A stretch of 59,474 bases of DNA from Methylococcaceae bacterium (GCA_030627265.1 DAOUSK010000001.1:1-59474); one strand, 5' to 3'. Shown: positions 29,167 to 38,001, numbered from the stretch's first letter. A program made the numbers and translations. Notes: generated by a model from the sequence alone, not told the origin.

Positions 29167-29751
29167 ATGAATATAAAAACAAACAATAAAGCTGAATTAG
29201 TCCAGTTCTCATCGCGCCCCCGTTGGTATTCAGCCCGCGGCGCAGTCATGATTTTATTAGGTTGCGTTATTGCCTTTTTCTGCATCACAGCACCTGATGT
29301 TTATCTTTTAAGTTCTGATTTTTCTTGGGTTCCAGCGATTGCAGTGGTGGTTATTTTTGTAGGCATCTTCCGTTGTATTGATGCACTAGCAACCGTAACA
29401 GCCCAAGGATTCTTAGTTAATATGCAAGGAGGAGTACTGGATATTATTGTCGGAGTTTTAGTTTTATTTGGTATCAATGGAGAGCCTGAAAACATGAGCC
29501 TATTGATTGTGGGCTATATGATTTCTCAAGGTATTTATCGCAATATACTGTTGACCGTTGCTAAAACCCCTAACCCTATCTCCAATAGAATCACGGGCAT
29601 TATTTCCATACTTTTAGGCTTACTAATATGGTTTGGCTGGCCGACCACTGAGCCCTGGTTCCTAGCGTTCTCTCTCAGTGTGGATATTAGTTTTAGAGGC
29701 TGGGCTTTAATCGCATTGGCTTCTTCATTAAAAAGTACCCCTGCTGACTAA
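29167..29751 (+). CDS. HdeD/DUF308 family membrane protein
   Basis: Six TM segments; RGAVMILLG, GVLDIIVG, WP...W...VDISFRGW pattern. Confidence 0.75.
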   Translation: MNIKTNNKAELVQFSSRPRWYSARGAVMILLGCVIAFFCITAPDVYLLSSDFSWVPAIAVVVIFVGIFRCIDALATVTAQGFLVNMQGGVLDIIVGVLVLFGINGEPENMSLLIVGYMISQGIYRNILLTVAKTPNPISNRITGIISILLGLLIWFGWPTTEPWFLAFSLSVDISFRGWALIALASSLKSTPAD

Positions 29752-29758
29752 ATCAGAT

Positions 29759-30727
29759 ATGCGTGCAATAAACGTTGTTAATCATCACTTACAGCTCACT
29801 GAGCGCCCTTTACCTAACTATTCTGAAACTGAAGTTTTAATCAAAGTGTCAGCTGCTGGTCTTAATCGTGCAGATATTATGCAGAGCAAAGGGCTCTACC
29901 CGCCACCGAAAGGCGCTTCAGATATTCTAGGCTTAGAAGTTGCCGGTATTGTCAGCGCTATTGGCTCTAACGTCAGCCGTATAAAAGTAGGCGATAAAGT
30001 CTGCGCTTTATTAACCGGTGGTGGCTATGCAGAGTATTGCACAGCGGATGAAGACTTATGTTTGGCTATCCCTAACAATTTAGATTTCATCCAAGCCGCC
30101 AGCCTACCTGAGACTTTTTTTACTGTTTGGAGTAATGTTTTTAATTTAGCAAAAATCAAGCCTCAAGAAACCCTATTAGTTCACGGCGGAAGCAGCGGCA
30201 TCGGCATAACAGCGATACAATTAGCTAAAGCCTTTGGCATAAAAGTACTGGTAACAGCAGGCAGCCAAGATAAATGTAATTTTTGTCTAAAGCTAGGGGC
30301 TGATGCTGCAATTAATTACCGAGAGCAAGATTTTGTCTCTGAAGTTAAACAGTTAACCGACAATAAAGGCGCTGATGTTATTTTAGACATGATTGGCGGC
30401 GATTATTTAGCGCGTAACTTAAAATGCATGGCTTATGACGCAAGGTTAGTACAAATTGCCACTCAAAATAGCCCTAAAGCAGAGATCAACATTTTACCCA
30501 TTATGCTTAAGCGGCTGAATATCACAGGCTCTACATTAAGAAACCGTGAATTACCGTTTAAACGTAATATTGCCGAGCAATTAGCGCAGCAAGTCTGGCC
30601 ATTAATAGAACAAGGAATCATTGTTCCCGTTATCGATAAAACTTTTTCTTTAGAAAATGCAGGGCAAGCACACCAGTTAATGGAATCTAGCTTACACAAA
30701 GGAAAAATAATATTAACCTTGGATTAA
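29759..30727 (+). CDS. NAD(P)H-quinone oxidoreductase, PIG3 family
   Basis: GLNRADIMQ, YPPPKGASDILGLE, HGGSSGIG, HKGKIIL. Confidence 0.92.
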   Translation: MRAINVVNHHLQLTERPLPNYSETEVLIKVSAAGLNRADIMQSKGLYPPPKGASDILGLEVAGIVSAIGSNVSRIKVGDKVCALLTGGGYAEYCTADEDLCLAIPNNLDFIQAASLPETFFTVWSNVFNLAKIKPQETLLVHGGSSGIGITAIQLAKAFGIKVLVTAGSQDKCNFCLKLGADAAINYREQDFVSEVKQLTDNKGADVILDMIGGDYLARNLKCMAYDARLVQIATQNSPKAEINILPIMLKRLNITGSTLRNRELPFKRNIAEQLAQQVWPLIEQGIIVPVIDKTFSLENAGQAHQLMESSLHKGKIILTLD

Positions 30728-30739
30728 TAATTTTTAACG

Positions 30740-30770
30740 CCTTCAAAAGCACTGCTCGTGCTTTTGAAGG
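30740..30770. terminator. Hairpin between convergent genes, probable bidirectional terminator
   Basis: CCTTCAAAAGCAC-N5-GTGCTTTTGAAGG, 13-bp perfect stem. Confidence 0.7.
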
Positions 30771-30823
30771 TTATTAAGATTCCGAAAATTCAACAATCTA
30801 GCTCAATTTAGAGCCAACTAAAC

Positions 30824-31524
30824 TTATTCCTCTTCTTTTTCAAACCACTTGTAAACACAGCCGGCAATAAGCGCACCCACAATTGGCGCTAACCAAAATA
30901 ACCATAACTGTGAAAGCGCCCAATCACCTTGAAAAATAGCAACCGCAGTACTTCTTGCAGGGTTGACCGATGTATTAGTAACCGGAATACTAATTAAATG
31001 AATCAGTGTTAAACCCAGTCCAATTGCAATCGGTGCGAAACCTTGTGGGGCGCGCTTATCCGTAGCACCTAAAATAATCATTAAGAACATAAATGTCATA
31101 ACAACTTCTGTCACTAAGGCAGCCGTTAAGCTGTATCCACCCGGTGAATGTTCGCCAAAACCATTAGATGCAAAGCCGCTCCCGCTAGCATCAAACCCAG
31201 TTTGTCCCGACGCTATCAGGTATAAAACACCAGCGCCGACAATACCACCGACAACTTGTGCCGCAATATAAGGGGCTAATTCAGCTTTTGAAAACCGACC
31301 GCCCATCCACAAGCCAATTGAAACGGCGGGATTTAAGTGGCAACCTGATATATGCCCTATCGCAAATGCCATCGTTAAAACCGTTAAACCGAAAGCAAAT
31401 GAAACACCCATTAGGCCTATGCCCACATCAGGAAATCCAGCGGCTAAAACAGCACTACCACAGCCTCCTAAGACCAACCAAAAAGTTCCTAGAAATTCTG
31501 CACTTAATTTTTTGTTAATGACAT
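30824..31524 (-). pseudogene. aqpZ: Aquaporin Z with a 1-nt frameshift near the 5' end (pseudogene, slippage site or sequencing error)
   Basis: Two NPA boxes (HLNPAV, SVNPARS). The GAGGA-N7-ATG at 31524 reads ATG TCA TTA ACA AAA AAT TAA; one more A gives [23 protein letters not shown] in frame. Confidence 0.8.
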
Positions 31525-31671
31525 TGATAATTCCTCAGTTAATAACCATTATTTTATTATTTAATAAGCTGAGTCTAACATATAAAACTAATTCGCTCTT
31601 ACTCGCGTAAGCCATTTATAATATTCCCATACTTATTCATTAACTCTTTTTAAAAACCTAACACCTTAAAT

Positions 31672-31929
31672 ATGTCTGAAATCATCATCTATACAAGTAA
31701 CCTTTGCCCTTACTGCACGATGGCTAAACGCTTACTTTCCGCCAAAGGTGCAAAATATACTGAATTAAATGTGGATACTACGCCCGGCTTACGTGAAAAA
31801 ATGATGAAAAAAACTAAACGCCGCACTGTTCCACAAATCTATATTGGTGATTTACATGTCGGCGGCTTTGATGATTTACGTGCTTTAGATTTAAACGGTA
31901 AATTAGCGCCTTTATTAGCGGATTTATAG
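31672..31929 (+). CDS. grxC: Glutaredoxin 3
   Basis: CPYC, TVPQIYIG, HVGGFDDL. Confidence 0.95.
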   Translation: MSEIIIYTSNLCPYCTMAKRLLSAKGAKYTELNVDTTPGLREKMMKKTKRRTVPQIYIGDLHVGGFDDLRALDLNGKLAPLLADL

Positions 31930-31949
31930 CCATTCTAATGTTTCAGTAC

Positions 31950-31987
31950 GATGAGTTTTTCGCAAAAAAACGATCTACCCATCGTAC
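31950..31987. repeat. Degenerate family A short arm
   Basis: GATGAGTTTTTCGCAAAAAAACGATCTACCCATCGTAC. Confidence 0.6.
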
Positions 31988-31996
31988 CTAAATTCT

Positions 31997-32121
31997 CACC
32001 GCCATTAAGTTAAGAATAACACATCACGGGGCGCTGGCTTCAGCCTGCTATTTCTAGCTAAAAATAGCAGGCTGAAGCCAGCGCCCCAAAACAAATATAA
32101 CGCCTTAACTTAATGGCAGTG
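31997..32121. mobile_element. MITE-like element: 18-bp terminal inverted repeats, imperfect 11-bp direct repeats, internal 26-bp perfect IR
   Basis: ACCTAAATTCT|CACCGCCATTAAGTTAAG ... CTTAACTTAATGGCAGTG|GCCTAAATCCT (TIR 17/18, DR 9/11). Inner GGGGCGCTGGCTTCAGCCTGCTATTT IR at 32028-32086. Confidence 0.75.
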
Positions 32122-32195
32122 GCCTAAATCCTAAGTGCAAAATATTAAAATAAAGAAAAGAGCACTATACTTTTTCACACAACAAATAATAAAGT

Positions 32196-32222
32196 TGTAA
32201 GGTTTTCATCACTCCCTCGACT
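32196..32222 (+). promoter_or_regulatory. Putative ECF-sigma promoter TGTAAG-N16-CGACT (autoregulatory)
   Basis: The same bipartite motif and spacing recur at 33667-33693. Confidence 0.75.
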
Positions 32223-32252
32223 CAATTCTATCTCTTACCTCAATTAACTAAA

Positions 32253-32816
32253 ATGACTCAACAATCTCCGGAAACATGGCTTAATGATTATGGCGACCTT
32301 TTATATCGGTATGCTTTATTACGCGTGCGCTCAGAAACAACGGCGGAAGATTTAGTGCAGGAAACTCTACTGGCTGGTTTTGTCTCGTGGGATAAATTTA
32401 CAGGAAAATCGAGTGTTAGCACTTGGTTAGTTGGTATTTTAAAACACAAAATTATCGACTTTTTTCGCAAACATCGCCATGAAGTTAAACAAATACAAAC
32501 CGATGAATTAGCGGATGATATTTTAGCTTACCAATTTGATAACGAGGGTAACTGGCAAGTTGATTTAGTGGAGTGGGATATGCCTGATACTCAAATGAAT
32601 CAACAACAATTTTCCAAAATTTTTAACATGTGTATTTCACGCTTACCACAACGCATGGCTGATTTACTTTTTCTACGCTCGATAGAAAATGTTCCCATGA
32701 CTGAATGTTGTGATTTATTAGGTTTTGAATCAGATAACCAGCTTTGGGTCACACTTTCACGTACTCGCGTAAAACTAAGACAGTGCTTAAATACGCACTG
32801 GTTTGAACAAGGATAA
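32253..32816 (+). CDS. ECF RNA polymerase sigma factor
   Basis: AEDLVQETLL, STWLVGILKHKIIDFFR, LSRTRVKLRQCL. Confidence 0.92.
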   Translation: MTQQSPETWLNDYGDLLYRYALLRVRSETTAEDLVQETLLAGFVSWDKFTGKSSVSTWLVGILKHKIIDFFRKHRHEVKQIQTDELADDILAYQFDNEGNWQVDLVEWDMPDTQMNQQQFSKIFNMCISRLPQRMADLLFLRSIENVPMTECCDLLGFESDNQLWVTLSRTRVKLRQCLNTHWFEQG

Positions 32817-32820
32817 TTCT

Positions 32821-33078
32821 ATGCGTCATTGTAAACAAATTGTTGACTTAGTCTCTCAGGAGATGGAGTCTAAGCTTCCTTGGTCAATTCGTATGGAAGT
32901 AAAAATGCACCTACTGATGTGCAAAAACTGCCATCGTTATGCAAAACAGCTTAAATTTATGCAAGCTGAACTTAATACCCTAGAACAAAACCTTAATACG
33001 GTTTCTTTAGCTGAACCCGCGAAAGAACGCATCAAAAAAACTTTAACTTTAGCCATTAACGAGAGCACAAATGATTAA
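32821..33078 (+). CDS. zf-HC2 anti-sigma factor
   Basis: HLLMCKNC (HxxxCxxC) plus N-terminal C; follows the sigma gene. ATG 32821 preferred over 32803. Confidence 0.85.
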   Translation: MRHCKQIVDLVSQEMESKLPWSIRMEVKMHLLMCKNCHRYAKQLKFMQAELNTLEQNLNTVSLAEPAKERIKKTLTLAINESTND

Positions 33079-33664
33079 CTTTTTCATCCAACTTCAAGCC
33101 AAATTTTTACTCATCCAAAAAGCTGACTTTTTAGCGCCATTGGCTTTGCGCTTATACCTTGTTCCTATTATGTGGATGGCAGGGATGCATAAAGTGAATG
33201 GCTTTGAAAATACGGTTGCTTGGTTTGGAAATTCTGACTGGGGATTAGGACTACCCTTCCCCACCTTACTTGCTGGGCTAGCGACAGGCGCGGAAGTATT
33301 AGGTGCCATCTTCTTATTTGTTGGCTTTGCTGTACGCTGGATTTCCATTCCCTTGCTAATTACTATGATAATCGCAGCGCTTACCGTGCATTTGCCAAAT
33401 GGCTGGTTGGCTGTTTCAGAAGGAACAGGATTTTTTGCCAACGAAAGAACGCTTGCGGCAAGTGACCGCTTAAGTGCAGCAAAAGAAATATTACAACAGC
33501 ACGGTAATTATGAATGGCTAACAGAGCATGGTAATTTTGTTATTTTAAATAACGGTATCGAATTTGCTACCACTTACGCCATAATGCTTTTAGTGCTGAT
33601 ATTTTTAGGGGGCGGCCGCTATATTAGTGTTGATTATTGGATTAACAAAAATTACTCAAAATAA
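33071..33664 (+). CDS. DoxX family membrane protein (HvfX/BufD-like)
   Basis: APLALRLYL, WFGNSDWGLGLPFP, NNGIEF, GGGRYISVD. Confidence 0.9.
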   Translation: MINFFIQLQAKFLLIQKADFLAPLALRLYLVPIMWMAGMHKVNGFENTVAWFGNSDWGLGLPFPTLLAGLATGAEVLGAIFLFVGFAVRWISIPLLITMIIAALTVHLPNGWLAVSEGTGFFANERTLAASDRLSAAKEILQQHGNYEWLTEHGNFVILNNGIEFATTYAIMLLVLIFLGGGRYISVDYWINKNYSK

Positions 33665-33666
33665 AT

Positions 33667-33693
33667 TGTAAGGTTTCATCACCTCAATCGACT
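33667..33693 (+). promoter_or_regulatory. Second putative ECF promoter TGTAAG-N16-CGACT, upstream of the precursor gene
   Basis: Matches 32196-32222, including GTTT(T)CATCAC in the spacer. Confidence 0.75.
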
Positions 33694-33748
33694 TAATAAT
33701 ATCTTTCCTATCAAAGATATTTATTTTTACTTTTAAGAGACTAAAATT

Positions 33749-34264
33749 ATGAAAAAATTTAACAAAGCAGCTTTCGCTATTGGTTCATCAATTATCGCTA
33801 CTGCAAGTGTTGGCGCAGCCAATGCAGAGTCTAATCCTTTTGCAATGACTGATTTATCTTCAGGCTATTTAAATGTTGCAGAAGCACCCGCCCAAGAAGC
33901 AATGGGAAAAGCAAAAGAAGGAAGCTGTGGTGAAGGAAAATGTGGCGCAAATAAAATGAAATCTGGCATGGAAAAATCAGTAGAAGGAAAATGTGGCGAA
34001 GCAAAGTGTGGAGCGAATAAAGCAACTACAGTCATGGAAAAATCAACAGAAGGAAAGTGCGGTGCCAATAAAGCAGGCATGGATAAGGTGAAGGAAGGTT
34101 CTTGCGGCGAAAAAAAAATGGCTAGAGACAAAATAACAGAAGGATCTTGTGGTGCAAAAAAAGCTGCAACTGATAAAGTTTCTGAAGGTAAATGCGGTGA
34201 AGGTAAAGGCAAAGAAGGTTCTTGCGGTGGTATGATGAAAACAATGTCAGGTTGGTTTGAGTAA
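33749..34264 (+). CDS. Secreted RiPP precursor, BufA2/HvfA-like, with nine ExxCG repeats
   Basis: Signal peptide, SNPFAMTDLSSGY leader-like segment, 4x EGKCG, 4x EGSCG, 1x EAKCG. Confidence 0.9.
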   Translation: MKKFNKAAFAIGSSIIATASVGAANAESNPFAMTDLSSGYLNVAEAPAQEAMGKAKEGSCGEGKCGANKMKSGMEKSVEGKCGEAKCGANKATTVMEKSTEGKCGANKAGMDKVKEGSCGEKKMARDKITEGSCGAKKAATDKVSEGKCGEGKGKEGSCGGMMKTMSGWFE

Positions 34265-34273
34265 ATAAACCCA

Positions 34274-34309
34274 GAGGAGCTTTTAACAATCTACTGCTAA
34301 AAGCTCCTC
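34274..34309 (+). terminator. Stem-loop after the precursor gene (terminator or mRNA stabiliser)
   Basis: GAGGAGCTTTTA...TAAAAGCTCCTC, 12-bp perfect arms. Confidence 0.65.
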
Positions 34310-34368
34310 ATAAATATGATTGAACCGCGATATAATGTCAGTCAAAATCACTTTCAGGTAAAAACATC

Positions 34369-35217
34369 ATGCAACACACTCGACATTTAGTGAATGGCGC
34401 AGGACTTGGCTTACGCCGCTCTTTTATTGAAGAGGCAATCGCCAACCCGCTAGACAACGTTAGCTTTTATGAAGTTGCACCTGAAAACTGGATGACGCTG
34501 GGGGGCAAGTTAGGCAAACAGTTTCGCAGCCTAACGGAACGCACCCCTTTTGTTTGTCATGGACTTTCTTTATCTATTGGCAGCTCTGACCCTTTAGATG
34601 AAGACTTCATCAAAAATCTAAAAACATTTATGCGCACGCATAACGTCAAATTTTATAGCGAACACCTTAGCTATTGCAGCCATGATGGCCACCTATACGA
34701 CTTAATGCCGATTCCTTTTACCGAAGAAGCGGTACATCATGTCGCTAAGCGTATTCAACGTGTACAGGATATTTTGGAACAAAAAATTGCAATCGAAAAT
34801 GTCTCTTATTATGCTGCGCCAGGGCAAGAAATGTCAGAGATCGATTTTTTTAATGCCGTGGTTTCAGAAGCAGATTGTGATGTCTTACTGGATGTTAATA
34901 ATATTTACGTGAATAGTGTTAACCACAACTACAACGCAGAAGATTTCTTACGTGCGATTCCTGCAAAGCGTATTAGTTATGCACATATTGCGGGGCATTA
35001 TGTAGAAGCTGATGATTTTTTAGTCGATACGCATGGCGCCGATATTATTGACCCAGTATGGGAGCTATTAAATAAAGCTTATGAACTTTATGGCGTCTTC
35101 CCCACTCTTTTAGAGCGTGATTTTAATATCCCCAGCGTTGCCGAATTAGTCAAAGAGGTCAGCACGATTAAAAGCATGCAAAATTCTTGGTCTAACCGTG
35201 AAAAATTGAGCGCTTAA
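34369..35217 (+). CDS. DUF692 multinuclear non-heme iron oxidative enzyme (MNIO; BufB/HvfB-like)
   Basis: GLGLRR, EVAPENW, HGLSLSIG, SEHL, IEN, LDVNN, HIAGH, DTHG, LERD. Confidence 0.95.
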   Translation: MQHTRHLVNGAGLGLRRSFIEEAIANPLDNVSFYEVAPENWMTLGGKLGKQFRSLTERTPFVCHGLSLSIGSSDPLDEDFIKNLKTFMRTHNVKFYSEHLSYCSHDGHLYDLMPIPFTEEAVHHVAKRIQRVQDILEQKIAIENVSYYAAPGQEMSEIDFFNAVVSEADCDVLLDVNNIYVNSVNHNYNAEDFLRAIPAKRISYAHIAGHYVEADDFLVDTHGADIIDPVWELLNKAYELYGVFPTLLERDFNIPSVAELVKEVSTIKSMQNSWSNREKLSA

Positions 35218-35218
35218 T

Positions 35219-35956
35219 ATGGATTTTAAAAACAAACAAGCCGAGTTTTCTGCTTATATTCGCAACCCTGATAGCAACCCATGTCCTGCGGATGTAAAAC
35301 CTGAACGTATGCAGGTTTATCGTGACTTATTTTTTAATAATATCGAAAGTTTTTTATCCAGTAATTTTCCTGTTTTAAACAGTTTATTTCCAAAAGAAAA
35401 ATGGCAACAATTAGCCCAAGATTTTTTTGAACACCACCCTTGTACTACGCCCTACTTTGCAGAAATTCCTGAAGAATTTTTGCTTTATTTACAAAACGAA
35501 CGCCCTAACACCGAAACAGACTACCCTTTTATGCTGGAGTTGGCGCATTACGAATGGGTAGAAATGGCTTTATCCATCTCTACTGAGAATTTACCGCAAA
35601 ATAAGCAAACACTCACACCCTTACAGCTCAGCCAGAAAATTAGCCTATCAACTCTCGCGTGGCCTTTAGCTTATCAATTTCCTGTGCATAAAATATCGGC
35701 TGATTATTTACCGTTTCAAGCCCCTGAAGAAGCCAGTTATCTTGTGGTTTACCGTGATATAGAAGATGACGTTCAATTTATAGAATTAGCCGCTATGAGC
35801 TTTCAATTATTACAGCCTTTGCAAGCGGAGGAAATAATTACGGTTGAGGATTATTTAGCTAAAGTCTTACCAGAAAATAGCGCTGATGCTTTACAGGCAA
35901 TGGCGCTAGAAGCATTACAGCAGTTTGTTGATAAACAAGTTATTTTGTTGCATTAA
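35219..35956 (+). CDS. DUF2063 MNIO partner protein (BufC/HvfC-like)
   Basis: QAEFSAYIRNP, RMQVYRDLFFNN, FPVL, ELAHYEWVEMAL. Confidence 0.92.
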   Translation: MDFKNKQAEFSAYIRNPDSNPCPADVKPERMQVYRDLFFNNIESFLSSNFPVLNSLFPKEKWQQLAQDFFEHHPCTTPYFAEIPEEFLLYLQNERPNTETDYPFMLELAHYEWVEMALSISTENLPQNKQTLTPLQLSQKISLSTLAWPLAYQFPVHKISADYLPFQAPEEASYLVVYRDIEDDVQFIELAAMSFQLLQPLQAEEIITVEDYLAKVLPENSADALQAMALEALQQFVDKQVILLH

Positions 35957-35987
35957 GCCTTAATTAGCCTCCCGCATAAAAAAATAT

Positions 35988-36121
35988 GTAGGGTGGAAAA
36001 GCGCAGCGTATTCCACCTTCACACCACCGTGTATCCATCACAACACCAAAACTTTCCCGTATTGTGTCGAATTGGTTTATTCCATAAATGCCGGATTACG
36101 CTATCGCGTAATCCAACCTAC
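35988..36121. repeat. Mixed REP pair (GTAGGGTGGAAAAGCGCAGCGTATTCCACC ... CGGATTACGCTATCGCGTAATCCAACCTAC)
   Basis: Two different GTAG hairpin units in inverted arrangement. Confidence 0.7.
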
Positions 36122-36178
36122 GCGCTCAAGACCAGCATGTAAAAACCTAATTATATTCAATGGCTTGTAAGTTATTTT

Positions 36179-36877
36179 TTAGGTACATTGCTCTGTTAAT
36201 TTCTCTATCCTTTGTAGCCAACCATCAAAATGTAAACATTCCTGGCGTATTTTTGGAATACCTATAGCATCTGAAATAACCTTACCCATAACTACTTTCT
36301 TATAGCCTATCATCAATTTTTCTAACCGTTTTGATGGTGCATTTAAAGGGTTATTATTAATATATTCAGGACTCTCATAACCTGCAAGAATCGATTTAAT
36401 TTGGTTAATAGGCACATTTATTTTCTCAGCCAAAATGGCTGCATCACTAAATAGTAAGGCTTCAAATTCATGCATTTCTATATAAGGGATAAACCGCGTG
36501 GATATACCCAGTTCAGGCACTAATGCCATCATTTCTGTTAATGTTGCCGCCTCTAAAATTTCAGCTTTATCTATGGAAGAAAGAGCTCCACCTGACTTCA
36601 TTTTCGTATGAATATCACCTTTCCCTGGCCAATTGCTATCAATACGGAAATAATCAAACATAGTGGAAATATAGGTATCTGAACGCTGCTGCAAAAGCCG
36701 ATTAATATCTTTTTGAGCGCGTTGAAATCGTACATCACCCCCTTTATGCCCAGGATCACCAATGCGCATAGCATGCAGGTAAATTCCTTTAACTGCCATA
36801 TAAGGCGCTAAAACATCACGTACAAAGGTTTGTTCTGTTTGCCCTTCCACAACAATATAAACGTCTATATTACTCAT
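36179..36877 (-). CDS. DUF4276 family protein (TOPRIM-like)
   Basis: VVEGQTE, TMFDY, HEFEALLFSD, PSKRL, CLHFDGW. Start set to ATG 36877, overlapping the ATPase stop. Confidence 0.85.
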   Translation of the reverse strand: MSNIDVYIVVEGQTEQTFVRDVLAPYMAVKGIYLHAMRIGDPGHKGGDVRFQRAQKDINRLLQQRSDTYISTMFDYFRIDSNWPGKGDIHTKMKSGGALSSIDKAEILEAATLTEMMALVPELGISTRFIPYIEMHEFEALLFSDAAILAEKINVPINQIKSILAGYESPEYINNNPLNAPSKRLEKLMIGYKKVVMGKVISDAIGIPKIRQECLHFDGWLQRIEKLTEQCT

Positions 36878-37979
36878 GATTAGGGCTGGCTGAAATAATA
36901 TTTTTACGCCAAAGATCACCCAAAGAATAATCCTCTAACCAACTAGAAAGCTCCGCCCCATTTAATCGTTCAAAATTAGATGCACCATCCACTCGATTCA
37001 CGACCACAATATCTTCTGGCTGAAAACAATCGACTAAGGCAGGTGACTGCGTTGAAATAATAAGTTGCATGCGATTAGACGCTGATTGAAAAAGTTCAGC
37101 TAAAATTTCAATTGCATAAGGGTGCAAGCCTAATTCTGGCTCATCAATCAACATAGTTAAAGGCGGGGTTGGTTGCAATAAAGCGGTGGCTAAACAAATA
37201 AAACGCATCGCACCATCTGATAGTTGAGTCGGACGCATGGGATAATCACTTAAGCCCTTTTGCCGCCAATTTAAACGTATATTTTCATCTTTATTAGGAC
37301 TTAATATAAAGTCATCAAAAAATGGAATAACTAAGCTGATTGTTTCTCTAATAGCTTGGTATTCAACTGGGTTATTTTCTTTTAAATGAAATAAAAAGGG
37401 GGCAATATTCGCTGCATCCATCAACAAAACTTGGTTATGCCCCATGTCGTGAAAACGACGCATCCCAGCTTGTTCGGTGGTATCGTGAAAATGATAAATC
37501 TTCCAGGAACATATTGCATCGTAGGTATATGAGGAAGCGCCACGATAGCCGAGTACTCCTGTTACATTTTTATCACCTAAAAGTTGGGGGTTGAAGTTAC
37601 CACTACCTAAATTTTTAGTTGAATTACGAGGCAGATAATGCCGCCGCTCATTATTCATCAGAAAAAAACCTTGCTCCGTCGGCGCTAACTCAAAATCATA
37701 GCCATTTTCACCAAAATCATAGCCATTTTCACCAAATTCCATTTTCACACTAATCTGCCGCGTCTCTTTAGCTCCGCCAAACAAATAAGTATCTGCATTA
37801 CCCGCAATAAATTGCTTTAAGCCGTCATCCTTCATCATTGCCGAAATGAGCCGAAAAAACTCTATAAAGTTACTTTTACCAGCGCCATTCCCACCAATAA
37901 GCACATTAAGCTTGTTCAGTTTAAATCGTTCTAATGACTTAATAGATTTGAAGCCTTTAATTGTTAATCTATTTAGCAT
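36870..37979 (-). CDS. ABC/SMC-like ATPase (AAA_21 type)
   Basis: IKGFKSI, Walker A GGNGAGKSN, signature LSDG, Walker B IDEPELGLHP, STQSP. Confidence 0.9.
   Translation of the reverse strand: MLNRLTIKGFKSIKSLERFKLNKLNVLIGGNGAGKSNFIEFFRLISAMMKDDGLKQFIAGNADTYLFGGAKETRQISVKMEFGENGYDFGENGYDFELAPTEQGFFLMNNERRHYLPRNSTKNLGSGNFNPQLLGDKNVTGVLGYRGASSYTYDAICSWKIYHFHDTTEQAGMRRFHDMGHNQVLLMDAANIAPFLFHLKENNPVEYQAIRETISLVIPFFDDFILSPNKDENIRLNWRQKGLSDYPMRPTQLSDGAMRFICLATALLQPTPPLTMLIDEPELGLHPYAIEILAELFQSASNRMQLIISTQSPALVDCFQPEDIVVVNRVDGASNFERLNGAELSSWLEDYSLGDLWRKNIISASPNHE
37691..37736. repeat. Exact 21-bp tandem duplication inside the ATPase gene
   Basis: CAAAATCATAGCCATTTTCAC x2, encoding FGENGYD twice. 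Confidence 0.95.
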
Positions 37980-38001
37980 AGCGTTCTATATCACACATAC
38001 T

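Noticed and set aside
33831-34212. Antisense ORFs with PHFPS repeats
   Set aside because: They mirror the EGKCG repeats on the sense strand.
33749-35956. Methanobactin operon (DUF692 as MbnB)
   Set aside because: The precursor has a Sec signal and ExxCG repeats, the partner is DUF2063, and no MbnC, MbnT or MbnM-like genes are adjacent.
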